Source of the DNA: a virus
Taxonomy: Duplodnaviria; Caudoviricetes
Reading direction: 5' to 3' (one strand)
DNA length: 64,000 nucleotides
IMG/VR virus record: IMGVR_UViG_3300033521_000004
Span: 1,144-65,143 of that record
Shown: piece by piece, positions 1 through 9,420 of the stretch
Numbering within the stretch: position 1 is the stretch's first letter
Layout: the number at the start of each line of letters is the position of its first letter
Made by a program: the position numbers and the translations under genes
The notes under the pieces: model-generated
The model's input: the letters and a program-made list of their open reading frames with translations, nothing else
Told to the model about the DNA's origin: nothing
Database searches by the model: none

Positions 1-566
1 TTTGAGAATGCGGTGTTGGCCGTTACCCGCAGCTCCGTCTCGTTGGAGATAGCAGCCTCTGCATCACCCACCCGCATGCCCAGCGCGGTGTACAGATCAG
101 TGATGTACTTGTCGCCATCAACTCTGGACGTTGATTCGTTGGCGACCGACGTTTCCACTTCACCAACGCGGGTGAATATCCGATCCAGCCGGTCGTTAAT
201 TCCTTGGGGCTTGTCGATCAAATCAACCCGGGCCTCAAGGTCTGTGAACAGCTTGGAATTGAATACTTGGGTGTGGAGGTCGCCCAGCGCCCGGGAGATT
301 TCCCCCGGGTCGAGCTTAATGGCGCCAAGCGAGCGCACCGCTTTGGTGGTCTTTGTAGATACCAGCGTGTCAATCTCGCCCCGGGTCACGAATGACCCGT
401 CGCCACCGCCGGAGTTGCCATTGCGCACATGCCAACCGTCCACAAGCGCCCGCAGCACTTGGCGGGTGTTCTCGTCGTTGATGGCGTCCAGCGCGTGCAG
501 TGGCACCCCGGGGATGCCAACCTTGACCATGTTGGCCACCGAGCCGGCAATAGAGTCGAGCATCAT
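1..566 (-). CDS. Tail protein, 5' part; runs off the window edge and is not in the ORF track
   Basis: Open frame from ATG at 566 (ATGA overlap with the upstream stop) to position 1: MMLDSIAGSVANMVKVGIPGVPLHALDAINDENTRQVLRALVDGWHVRNG..., with coiled-coil-like ETSVANESTSRV / EAAISNETELRV segments. Confidence 0.7.
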   Translation of the reverse strand, partial: MMLDSIAGSVANMVKVGIPGVPLHALDAINDENTRQVLRALVDGWHVRNGNSGGGDGSFVTRGEIDTLVSTKTTKAVRSLGAIKLDPGEISRALGDLHTQVFNSKLFTDLEARVDLIDKPQGINDRLDRIFTRVGEVETSVANESTSRVDGDKYITDLYTALGMRVGDAEAAISNETELRVTANTAFS

Positions 567-2521
567 ATATTTGCCAGCTCCCGCGCCGATTGGGCCACGC
601 GCAGCTCGCGGAAGCGCCCCGATCCGCTGATCAGGATCTTGTAACGGTCGGACTCATAGCCACCCGGCAAGCGAAAGTTGTTGGTGCCGCTGTTGGCCGA
701 CTGGACATGCACGCTCTGAAATGCCCAATTGGTTGCCGTCTTCTGCACCCAAGCAAAGAACTCGATGCGCCACGTCCCTTCGCACAGCACTTGCGCCATT
801 CCGAAGTTCACCGGCTTTTGCATGGTCATCTCGCGCGACTGCCAAGTGCATTGCTGATCGTCGCCGCCGTTGAACTGGTAGAGCTTCTGGCCCAAGCCGT
901 AGTACATCTGGTCGGATAGCTGACTTACGAATGCGAAGCTGGCAATCAGCTCCGGCAGCTCTGTCATTGAGCCACCCGCCTCGTCAAATCGGATCATGAA
1001 CGAGACGAACGCAGACGAAGACGAGAAGACCACAAGCCGGCCGTCCCAAACGCAAAAGCGCATGCTGGCCAGCCCACCAGAATATGACTTGCGCCACACC
1101 TCTCTGGTGAAAAACTGCTGCGACTGGGTGAGGCTGGCGCTGGCTCCGCTGATCGTGACAATGCCGTCATTGCTGGCGTACACGACAGATCCATCCACCA
1201 CAGCAATCGACCACTTGGACACCCCGGCCTGATTGACGTTGATCTTGCTGACCGTCATCGAGTCTGGGGAAACGCCAGACACAAGGTAGGGGAAGCCGCT
1301 GGTCGTGATGGCCGCGCCAGAGCCGTAGACAATGCCGCCGACGATGGCATTGGGCACCGTCTTGACGTAAGAAGGTGGCCAAGCCCACGGCTTGTAGGCC
1401 TCGCTGAAATGCAGCTCGTTGTCCTTCCACGCGCACAGGATCCCGTTGGGCAGCGCCATCAGACCCTTGAGATTCTGGTTTGGCGGGTAGTAGTTCAGCG
1501 AGGACATGACCTCGTTGAGCAGTTCGGCCTTGATGTTGTCGTTAAACACCACCGTCGTCGAAGCAAGGACGTTGATCGTGCCGAGATAGAAGTAGTCGGT
1601 CAGCGTGGTTCCAGTGCCAGTGCGGTAAATCCGCAGCTCCTTGATCGGTGCGTACCCGGTCACTTGATTTTTTGTCAACTGCACGGACACGGGTATGACC
1701 GGTGACGTGGTCACCAGCGCCGGGTCGCTTGGCGGGCCTTCCTCGCCGTACACATTGACTTGCGTGAAGACGTAAGAACGGACTTCCTTGTCCTCTTCCT
1801 TTATGCCGGTTGTCATGGTGGCCGTGAATGTCCCGTCAGCGTTTTTTGACATGGACAGGCTGTACAGGCCACCGGTGCTGTCGAAGCTGGAGTTCTCGGT
1901 GTAGAGGTCGAACACTTGCGCACCGTCGCGCAGCCACTTGGCCGTCATGCGCAGCACAGGGAAGGCCGAGGCGTTTGTGTCTGCGGCAATCGCCGGGGCG
2001 GTGAATTGGTACTGGGTGTTGTTTATCGTGGTCGGGGCAATGGTCTGCTCTTGGTACTTGACCCCGCCGTACTCCCAGTGGAACTTGAAGGCAATCGAGG
2101 CCGTGGCCGTGGTCACCGGCTCGGCTTCCTGCACGGTCAGCACGGGCGCCGATGTCGGCCGATGTGTGCCAACCAGATAGGACGTTGCAGGGGGGCCACC
2201 ATCGAGTTTTTGGCTCAGTCGGTTGGTCACCTTAAAGCCGCTGTCCCCGGTGTAGTAGAGCCGGTTTTGCGGGTCACTCACAAGCGGCGATCGCACCGCG
2301 TCCACATCGGAAGTCCACGAGAAGAAGCTCAACCCGTTGTCGGTATAGATAGACGCTGGCGTGTTGGCCATGGTGAACAGACCGAACCCGCCTTTGGTGG
2401 CCCGCAGCTCACCATAGGCAAAGTCGCAATTCTTGGCCACCGTTGCCGCGCTCTCTGGCAGTAGCGAGTCTGGCAGGCGCGGAATCAGGCCAGATAGCTT
2501 ATTGAGTTTAAATCCAGCCAT
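563..2521 (-). CDS. Podovirus tail nozzle / DNA stabilisation protein (P22 gp10 / T7 gp12-like)
   Basis: 652 aa, beta-rich propeller-like C-terminal half (ILCAWKDNELHFSEAYKPWAWP, WSIAVVDGSVVYASNDGIV); located in the tail operon. Confidence 0.7.
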   Translation of the reverse strand: MAGFKLNKLSGLIPRLPDSLLPESAATVAKNCDFAYGELRATKGGFGLFTMANTPASIYTDNGLSFFSWTSDVDAVRSPLVSDPQNRLYYTGDSGFKVTNRLSQKLDGGPPATSYLVGTHRPTSAPVLTVQEAEPVTTATASIAFKFHWEYGGVKYQEQTIAPTTINNTQYQFTAPAIAADTNASAFPVLRMTAKWLRDGAQVFDLYTENSSFDSTGGLYSLSMSKNADGTFTATMTTGIKEEDKEVRSYVFTQVNVYGEEGPPSDPALVTTSPVIPVSVQLTKNQVTGYAPIKELRIYRTGTGTTLTDYFYLGTINVLASTTVVFNDNIKAELLNEVMSSLNYYPPNQNLKGLMALPNGILCAWKDNELHFSEAYKPWAWPPSYVKTVPNAIVGGIVYGSGAAITTSGFPYLVSGVSPDSMTVSKINVNQAGVSKWSIAVVDGSVVYASNDGIVTISGASASLTQSQQFFTREVWRKSYSGGLASMRFCVWDGRLVVFSSSSAFVSFMIRFDEAGGSMTELPELIASFAFVSQLSDQMYYGLGQKLYQFNGGDDQQCTWQSREMTMQKPVNFGMAQVLCEGTWRIEFFAWVQKTATNWAFQSVHVQSANSGTNNFRLPGGYESDRYKILISGSGRFRELRVAQSARELANI

Positions 2522-2527
2522 GGTGTA

Positions 2528-2605
2528 TTACTTCCTCATGCTCCACGCCACCCACGCCCAAACAAGCGTGACGGCAATCAGGACGGCTTTGGTAAATACG
2601 TTCAT
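2528..2605 (-). CDS. Putative 25-aa single-TM peptide
   Basis: MNVFTKAVLIAVTLVGAWVAWSMRK fills the gap between adhesin and nozzle genes; weak RBS. Confidence 0.35.
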   Translation of the reverse strand: MNVFTKAVLIAVTLVWAWVAWSMRK

Positions 2606-2622
2606 ATAGCACATCCACAAAA

Positions 2623-3795
2623 TTACGGGCTGGCATACGCCGTCAGGCCGACAGTGTTATTGCCAGTCTGATTGTTTAGGCTGATGATTTTGTTGTTGTA
2701 GTAAATAATATGAGTAGCAGAATTGTTTGGAATCAAATTGGTCATTTGAGTCCAAGTCTGCAAATCAGATGAAACCCAGACCTTGCTGGAATCCATAACC
2801 CAGAACAGGCTCTTTGCGTAGACCATGCGCCAGTCATAAATAGAGCTACGCGACACTCCTGATGGAAGCGTGAATGAAGTCCAATTAACGCCATCCGTGG
2901 TGTAGTAGCACGGAGCGTTTGCTCCGCCTCCGTAGCCAATTTTTGCAATCTTGCCGCCGCCAGCCGCGACATTCTTCCAGTAGTAATCAATCGTTGGTGT
3001 CGTACTCCTAGTCCATGTTGTACCGTTGGTACTAAAGTAGTTATCCGAATTGACGCCATAATTGGTTGTGCCGTCAACAGAATATATCCCGTTGTCGTAA
3101 AACAAATTCCCCCATGCGGAATCGAAGCCGGCGCCAGTAATTCCAGAGATTGTTCCGGTAGTCCAGTTGATTCCGTCAGTGCTGTGAGCGTAGCCGTACA
3201 CCATGCTTGGCGTGGTTGCCGTGACGCCAATCCGCCAAAACTTTGTGCCGTCAAAAATAAGGCCACCGTACATGGTGAACGTGAGAGTTCGCCGAGTCCA
3301 AGTGATGCCATCAGTGCTGGTGTAATGCCAGTAGCTGTTGTCGGTGTGGTCATTAACCACCGCAACAAAAATGCCGTTGCCGTAAGCCATCCTGCCGCAG
3401 CTAGAGTAATTAACCCAAACGCTACGCATCGTCCACGTTATGCCATCTGTGGAAGTCCAGATATTCTTTGACCCGATATAACTCTGGGAAGCAACAACGC
3501 AAATTGTTGGGCTTGCTGCCCATGTATTTGTCGGGTTCTTTCCGTAAATAGACAAATAGCTTGGATTAACTTGAGCGGTGTTATCTGGAAGGTTTCCAGC
3601 AGTCCACGTTGCTGCTGCATTGAACGCACTTTTCCCGTGAGCGTTGCTCATGGAAATTGTGGTGTTTGCTGTTGCAACACCTAGAAGGTTTCGCACATTG
3701 GCAGAGTCAAGCGAAATGGTTGCGGTCGCACTCAAACCAAGTTCGGTATTGATCTGCCCCATAGAAATCGCACTAGGGTAAGCTGGTAGCGTCAT
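2623..3795 (-). CDS. Tail-fibre tip adhesin / receptor-binding protein, gp38-like N-terminus plus Asp-box beta-propeller
   Basis: N-terminal ISMGQINTELG...ISMSNAHGKS attachment motif; six S/T-x-D/N-G-x-x-W-T-type repeats; lower GC than its neighbours. Confidence 0.65.
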   Translation of the reverse strand: MTLPAYPSAISMGQINTELGLSATATISLDSANVRNLLGVATANTTISMSNAHGKSAFNAAATWTAGNLPDNTAQVNPSYLSIYGKNPTNTWAASPTICVVASQSYIGSKNIWTSTDGITWTMRSVWVNYSSCGRMAYGNGIFVAVVNDHTDNSYWHYTSTDGITWTRRTLTFTMYGGLIFDGTKFWRIGVTATTPSMVYGYAHSTDGINWTTGTISGITGAGFDSAWGNLFYDNGIYSVDGTTNYGVNSDNYFSTNGTTWTRSTTPTIDYYWKNVAAGGGKIAKIGYGGGANAPCYYTTDGVNWTSFTLPSGVSRSSIYDWRMVYAKSLFWVMDSSKVWVSSDLQTWTQMTNLIPNNSATHIIYYNNKIISLNNQTGNNTVGLTAYASP

Positions 3796-3811
3796 AGGCC
3801 AGTTCTCCTAA

Positions 3812-6800
3812 TTAGCGGGCTTCTAGCGCCGCCAGCCGCGCCTCAAGTTGCAGTACACGCTTGGCCAGTGCGACGGCCGACACCATGGCCGCGTTGCCAT
3901 AGGCCACTGACAGCATGCCGTCCACACTTCGCAGCACAGCTTCCGGCAGCAGTGGTTGCAGGCTCTGGGCGCCCACACCGACCTGAGAAAGGCCAACAGC
4001 TCCAATGCGGTCGTAGATGCCGTGCTTGACCAGCGCAAGCCGCTCAACGAAGTCGAATGGCAGATCGCGCCAGTTGGTTTTCAGGCGCTCATCTGAATAG
4101 GCGGTGACGTTGCCAGATGCGACAAACGAGCCGGTCACGTTGACGGTGCCAGTACCCTTGCCTGCCAATGTCAGATTGATGTTGGCGTCCGATCCGCTGG
4201 CCGCAATGGTCGGTGAGTTGCCGGTTGTGTTGCCGTTGACGAGCACCGAGTTGACCGCGCTTGCCGGGTTCCATGCCGCAAGCGCCGTGGCTCCATTGGC
4301 ATTCAGCAAGACGTTGCCGGTGCCTTTGGAGTACAGGGTGAACGAGATATTGGCGTCTGTTCCCGCTGCCGACAGGTACGGTGTGCCGCCAGCAACAGAG
4401 CCGGTGGCCAGCACATAGTTGGCGCGACTGGCCACCGTGGCTGTGATCAGAGAATCTGTTGTTACGGTTCCGGTGAATGTCGGGCTTGCCTTCGGCGCAT
4501 AGGTGCTCGATGCGGTGGTCGTCGTAAGGTAGGACGACATACCGGCCGTTGTCTGATAGGACGACATACCGGCAACAGTCTGGTACGAAGACATACCAGC
4601 TTGGGTCTGGTAGGTGCTCGATGCAGTCGTGGCTTTCAGGTAGCCTTGTCCAATGACGTATGCAGTGGTGGCAATCTGGGTGGTGTTGGTGTCAGCAACC
4701 GCCGTAGGGGCAGCAGGGGTTCCAGTAAACGTGGGGCTGGCCAGCGTGGCATACGACGACATGCCAGCCGATGTCTGGTAGGTAGACGATGCTGTGGTGG
4801 CCTTGAGGTAGCCCTGACCAATCACATAGGCCGTGGTGGCAATCTGCGTGGTGTTGGTGTCAGCGGCCGCTGTGGGTGCAGCCGGGGTGCCGGTAAAAGT
4901 CGGGCTGGCCAGCGTGGCGTAGCTGGAAATGGCCACGAATGCAGCAGTGCCAAGCGTGCCTCCACCACCAATGTTCAGCGTAGAGCCGTCCGTTCCGGCC
5001 AGCGTCAGGTTGTTCTGCACCACGAAGGTCTTGGCCGTGGTTCCGCCAGCGATCTGGAAGCCTGTGGCGTTGGCCGTGAGCGAAAGCGCGTTGTAGGTCT
5101 TGCCGGTCAGGGCCGATGGCAGATCACCGTCAACGACAGTGCCCCAAGCCGGAGCAGCCGATACCGTGCCATTGCCGGTCTGAGTCAAGAACCGCTTGGA
5201 GGCTGCGGTATTGCCAGCAAGGCGAGTGGCTGAGTTGGTTCCGTCGCCATACACAATGTCGCCAAGCGTAGTAATCGGGGTGAGTGCGTTGTAACCAGCC
5301 GCTTTGGTGGACTGGCCGGTGCCGCCGTAGCTGATGCCGACCGCGCTGCCAGTCCAAGTGCCCGATGTGACGGTGCCCAACGTGACAATGCTGGTCGATC
5401 CAGCGGCCGGGGCAAAGGTGCCCGTGGCCACAAACGCCGCAGTGCCTAACGTGCCACCGGTGCCGATGTTCAGCGTCGATGCGTCAGTACCAGCCAGTGT
5501 GATCGTGTTGGAGACGGTCAGGGTCTTGCTGGTCGTGCCGCCGGCAATGGTGAAGCCGGTGGTCGCAGCCGTCAGCGTCAGGCCGTTGTAGGTCTTGCCG
5601 GTAAGTGCTGTCGGGATGTCGCCATCCACCAGCGTGTCCCAAGCCGGGGCCGTGGCGACGGTTCCATTGCCGGTCGAGCGCAGGAACTTCTTGGTCGTGG
5701 TCGTATTGCCTGCCAAACGGGCATTGCTGGCTGCGCCGTCGGCGTAGATCAGGTCGCCAGTGGTGGTAGTAGGAGACAGGGCATTGAATCCCGCTGCGGC
5801 TGTTGTCTGGCCGGTGCCGCCCTTGCCAACTGCAATCGCAGTTCCGTTCCATGTACCTGTGCCAATGGTGCCGACAGTTGTGATGTTGGCCGAGCCAGTC
5901 CATGTGGACAAAGCGGTGTTTTCCACGCTGCCCAAACCAACGTCAGCTTTTGCAACGGCAGACCAAACCGGTGCTGCTCCGTTGGTGCCGGTGCCGGTCA
6001 TGGCAAGGAACTGCTTGGCGGCTGTGATGTTCGGAGCCAACAATGTGGTTGTGTCGGTATTGGACTGGTAGCCAATAGCGCCCAACAGAGTTGTGCTGTT
6101 GCCACCCGCAAGATTTGTGGCCTTGGTGGCGGTAGTGGCTGTGGTAGCCGACCCGGCCGATCCGTCAATGCTGGTGATGCCAGTCAGCGCGATTGAGCCA
6201 GTGGTGCGGTTAATCGCAATCGCCGTCGTGCCGAGGTAAAAGGTCTGGTTGTTCAGCGCCACGGTGCCGGTGGTGGCCGGCAAGGTGATGGTGGTCGCGT
6301 CGGTGCCCGCCAGCGTGATGCTGTTGTTGACGGTCAGCGTCTTGCTGGTCGTACCGCCCGCAATCGAGAAGCCGGTGGCATTGGCCGTCAGGCTCATGGC
6401 GTTGTAGGTCTTGCCCGTGAGCGCGGTCGGAAGATCGCCGTCCGCGATTGCCGAAGCCGACCACGTCTCCGTCCCTGTACGCCGCACAAATCCGGTGGTG
6501 GCAATGGCCTCCACCGCAGCTAGGTCGTTGGCCAGAGCGAGCGTTGGATTGCCTGCGATGCCGTCGCCGTTGGTTACGGTAATGCCTGCTGCGGGCTGTG
6601 TGATCGAGCGAACCGCCATGGCGCCAGTGCCTGTGCGGGCAATGATGCCGTTGGCCGCAAGGCCAGCAACAGCCGTCAGATCGGAGTCGAGGGGCTGGTA
6701 ACCAGTAGTCAGGTCAGACGTTAGAGCAAGCGTGCCGCTGGCATTGGGGACAGTCAGCGTGCGTGTCGTTCCGGTCGTGACGCCAGAAACCTCGAATTGA

Positions 6801-7294
6801 ACCTGCTTGGTCGCATCGACATTGTCCCGAATGGTGGTCTGCGAATCCAAAGACGTGAAGGCAACGCCGCTGATCGTGCCGCCAGTGATGTTGACGGCAC
6901 TGGCGTCTTGAGTGGCCATTGTCCCAAGGCCAAGATTGGTGCGTGCCGTGGATGCGCTGGCCAGATCCGACAGGTTGTTGGTCTTTTGAACGCACTCGGT
7001 TGCAGTCGCTGCCGTCCAGCGCAACTCGATGTAGGTCGTAGTTGAGCGCGTCATGGCGGTCGTGCCGTCTTGAGCGCGAACGATTGTCCAGTTGGTGCCG
7101 ACCGTTGCGGTGACCTTGACGATTTCGACGTTTACTTCAACCGCTCCAGACACTTCATACATCGTCGCGTAGAAGTAATCGGCCCCGGTGATGACCGGGA
7201 ACAGCGCGGCACTGGCAACGGTGATGCTGGTTTGCGAGTTGTTGATCGTGCCGGAAAGCGTTGTGGTCGCGTTGTTTTTGTAGAGAATTGACAT
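3812..7294 (-). CDS. Long tail fibre with C-terminal peptidase S74 intramolecular chaperone
   Basis: 1160 aa, Thr/Gly/Ala-rich with internal repeats; C-terminal AYSDERLKTNW...YGNAAMVSAVALAKRVLQLEARLAALE is typical of S74 plus coiled coil. Confidence 0.85.
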   Translation of the reverse strand: MSILYKNNATTTLSGTINNSQTSITVASAALFPVITGADYFYATMYEVSGAVEVNVEIVKVTATVGTNWTIVRAQDGTTAMTRSTTTYIELRWTAATATECVQKTNNLSDLASASTARTNLGLGTMATQDASAVNITGGTISGVAFTSLDSQTTIRDNVDATKQVQFEVSGVTTGTTRTLTVPNASGTLALTSDLTTGYQPLDSDLTAVAGLAANGIIARTGTGAMAVRSITQPAAGITVTNGDGIAGNPTLALANDLAAVEAIATTGFVRRTGTETWSASAIADGDLPTALTGKTYNAMSLTANATGFSIAGGTTSKTLTVNNSITLAGTDATTITLPATTGTVALNNQTFYLGTTAIAINRTTGSIALTGITSIDGSAGSATTATTATKATNLAGGNSTTLLGAIGYQSNTDTTTLLAPNITAAKQFLAMTGTGTNGAAPVWSAVAKADVGLGSVENTALSTWTGSANITTVGTIGTGTWNGTAIAVGKGGTGQTTAAAGFNALSPTTTTGDLIYADGAASNARLAGNTTTTKKFLRSTGNGTVATAPAWDTLVDGDIPTALTGKTYNGLTLTAATTGFTIAGGTTSKTLTVSNTITLAGTDASTLNIGTGGTLGTAAFVATGTFAPAAGSTSIVTLGTVTSGTWTGSAVGISYGGTGQSTKAAGYNALTPITTLGDIVYGDGTNSATRLAGNTAASKRFLTQTGNGTVSAAPAWGTVVDGDLPSALTGKTYNALSLTANATGFQIAGGTTAKTFVVQNNLTLAGTDGSTLNIGGGGTLGTAAFVAISSYATLASPTFTGTPAAPTAAADTNTTQIATTAYVIGQGYLKATTASSTYQTSAGMSSYATLASPTFTGTPAAPTAVADTNTTQIATTAYVIGQGYLKATTASSTYQTQAGMSSYQTVAGMSSYQTTAGMSSYLTTTTASSTYAPKASPTFTGTVTTDSLITATVASRANYVLATGSVAGGTPYLSAAGTDANISFTLYSKGTGNVLLNANGATALAAWNPASAVNSVLVNGNTTGNSPTIAASGSDANINLTLAGKGTGTVNVTGSFVASGNVTAYSDERLKTNWRDLPFDFVERLALVKHGIYDRIGAVGLSQVGVGAQSLQPLLPEAVLRSVDGMLSVAYGNAAMVSAVALAKRVLQLEARLAALEAR
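4530..6450 (-). repeat. Nested repeat modules inside the tail fibre
   Basis: 3x DGD(L/I)P(T/S)ALTGKTYN...IAGGTT(S/A)KT...TLAGTD; 2x GTW-G-A----GGTGQ...RLAGNT...APAW; 2x YATLASPTFTGTPAAPTA-ADTNTTQIATTAYV; short YQT-AGMSS repeats. Confidence 0.85.
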
Positions 7295-7295
7295 A

Positions 7296-7607
7296 TCACT
7301 CGTCCTTCACGCGAACGGAAAATTCGACTTGCTTGACCCGGCCCGCGTTCGATCGGGCGGTGATCGTGATCTTGTATTTCTGGCCATCGGTGCCGCCAGA
7401 TACCCATTGCTTGATGATCAGGCCGTCGCGCACGAGTGTCGGGCCGAGAGTCAGGCTCCCAGTCGGTGACACCACCACATCGAGCGGATCTGGTACTGCC
7501 GGGTTGCCGGTAGTTTGCAGAGAATCGCCATCCGACAGGAACTCTGAAAAGTCGATGTCGAAGTCGAGTGTTTCTGCGGGTTGTTTTTGAAACTTTCCAA
7601 GCAGCAT
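7296..7607 (-). CDS. Small virion fibre-adaptor-like protein
   Basis: KQPAETLDFDIDFSEFL...WVSGGTDGQKYKITITARSNAGRVKQVEFSVRVKD, a common phage protein found just upstream of fibre genes. Confidence 0.6.
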   Translation of the reverse strand: MLLGKFQKQPAETLDFDIDFSEFLSDGDSLQTTGNPAVPDPLDVVVSPTGSLTLGPTLVRDGLIIKQWVSGGTDGQKYKITITARSNAGRVKQVEFSVRVKDE

Positions 7608-7608
7608 T

Positions 7609-8550
7609 TCAGACCACCTTCATATTGCGATCATAGGGAGGCACCACAATTTGACGCTCAAGCGGTGCTGGCAGGCGCGATGCGTAATCGGAGCCTGCGG
7701 CGTATGCAATTGCGGTCGCAGTGGTGGTGGCCGAAAAAATGAGGTTCAGCCTATTGGTGGCTGTGGCAATGGCGCTTGCTTCGGTGCCCGCGCCGGATGC
7801 AATCATGAGCTTTACGCCCGACAATCCAATGGCTGCGGCTTCCTGCCTTGACGGCGAAACATTGAGCCTTATCCCGGCCAATGCGCTGGCAATAACGGCA
7901 GAAGGGGCCACATTGGCGCTGCGTGGAACCCGAGAGAGTGCTCCAGCCGAAGCCACGGCCTCGGGGGCGGCGGCGGCAGACATCAGATACTTGAGCGCAA
8001 TACTGACTTGTGATGAGGCGGTAGCCGATTGGACAGAAGCAATCGGCCGCTTCATCATCACCGCAGGCACACTTGTTATGGCACTGGCAACCGTGCTGGC
8101 GCTGCGCAGAACGTACTTGATCAATGATGCCGTCAGTATGGCCTGCGCGACCGTTGAACCGCCGAGCTTGGTGTGCTGGTAGCTCGTTACTGTGCCAACG
8201 GCTGCGGCTGCTGTCGTGGCGCTAACCTGAGACTTAAACAACACGGCTGCTGTGCCGGGGGTTGCCTTGGCCGTGGCCGTCGCCCCAAAGGGGATCTTGA
8301 CCTTGGGCACGATGCTGTTGACGACCGCAGCGGCCGGGGTAGCCGCCGTGGCTCCCAGCCTGAACTTCATTGCCGCCGATGCTACCGCCGACGGAGACGT
8401 TTTGGCCGTTGCCGTCAGGCGTAGCCTAATCGTCTGAATTGAAAGCGTGACCTCGACCGTTCCCAGCAACTCGATGATGGACGATCCCTGTTCCGTTGCC
8501 GGAAAAGGGACTTTGTTCAGAGCACCGGTATTGAGGGCATGGGTGGTCAT
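7609..8550 (-). CDS. Ala-rich virion structural protein
   Basis: 313 aa, repetitive Ala/Thr composition, coupled to neighbouring genes. Confidence 0.55.
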   Translation of the reverse strand: MTTHALNTGALNKVPFPATEQGSSIIELLGTVEVTLSIQTIRLRLTATAKTSPSAVASAAMKFRLGATAATPAAAVVNSIVPKVKIPFGATATAKATPGTAAVLFKSQVSATTAAAAVGTVTSYQHTKLGGSTVAQAILTASLIKYVLRSASTVASAITSVPAVMMKRPIASVQSATASSQVSIALKYLMSAAAAPEAVASAGALSRVPRSANVAPSAVIASALAGIRLNVSPSRQEAAAIGLSGVKLMIASGAGTEASAIATATNRLNLIFSATTTATAIAYAAGSDYASRLPAPLERQIVVPPYDRNMKVV

Positions 8551-8978
8551 TTAATCAGCAGCGTGATGCTTTGCTCTGGAATCACGACGCTGTCGCCAGT
8601 AGTGATCGAGCGAGACGTTACCAAGGAGCCAGAGAACAGGATATTCCCGTCGCCAACCACTTGCTTATCCCAGATTGCCCAATGAGTGACAGTCTGGCCG
8701 GTGGCAGAGGTTGACGGCGGGAAGACGACAGCCGAGCCGTTGGTGACCTCGATGTCTACGTCACCGGTCACGGATTCGGTCAGCGTGTTTGCTGTCAGGC
8801 TGTTGAGGGGCTGGCGTGCGTAGGACAAGTACGTCGCCTCGTTCCCGTAGGTGGCATCGCTGGGTGGCGCTGTGTGCAGCGCAATCCATAAGCCATCAGG
8901 CGGGGTATAGGACGCCCGCACCGGGTTCAACGCCATGTTGAACAGTGCGAGGCCGAGGTACTTGGACAGTCCAGCCAT
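8547..8978 (-). CDS. Virion structural protein (paralogue of 8982-9410)
   Basis: Shared motifs LHTA-P, GNEATY-SYAR, FP-ST---QTVTHWAIW-Q, GD-VVIP. Confidence 0.7.
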   Translation of the reverse strand: MAGLSKYLGLALFNMALNPVRASYTPPDGLWIALHTAPPSDATYGNEATYLSYARQPLNSLTANTLTESVTGDVDIEVTNGSAVVFPPSTSATGQTVTHWAIWDKQVVGDGNILFSGSLVTSRSITTGDSVVIPEQSITLLIK

Positions 8979-8981
8979 GGC

Positions 8982-9410
8982 TTATGTCAGGTCAATCTGG
9001 AGCTGGCCGGTGGGGATCACCACCACGTCACCGGACTGCACCGCGCGGCTGGACGACAGGGCGCCGGAATACATCAGGTAGGCCGATGTGCCGAGGGTCT
9101 GGTCAGACCAGATAGCCCAGTGGGTCACGGTCTGGGTGGCACCAGTCGAAGCCGGGAAGTTGATGTCTGCGCTGTTGGTCGCGCGAACGGTCTGCTCCGG
9201 GGCCGTGCCGGTGATCGAGGAAGTCATCGACGAAGCCACATTCACGCGGGCATAGCCAGAGTAGGTGGCTTCGTTGCCGCCCGATGCGTCACTGGGCGCG
9301 GCCGTGTGCAGCGACATCCAGACACCGGGCTTGGCCGACAGGCTGGTGCGAGACGCCGCCAGAGTGGCGTCAAAGATTGCTTGTGCAAGTGCTTGGGAAA
9401 AGCCTGCCAT
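8982..9410 (-). CDS. Virion structural protein (paralogue of 8547-8978)
   Basis: Same motifs as its neighbour; 142 versus 143 aa. Confidence 0.7.
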   Translation of the reverse strand: MAGFSQALAQAIFDATLAASRTSLSAKPGVWMSLHTAAPSDASGGNEATYSGYARVNVASSMTSSITGTAPEQTVRATNSADINFPASTGATQTVTHWAIWSDQTLGTSAYLMYSGALSSSRAVQSGDVVVIPTGQLQIDLT

Positions 9411-9420
9411 GATTTACTCC

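Noticed and set aside
2623-7294. Diversity-generating retroelement acting on the fibre or adhesin
   Set aside because: No reverse transcriptase in the window and no template/variable repeat pair differing only at adenines was seen.
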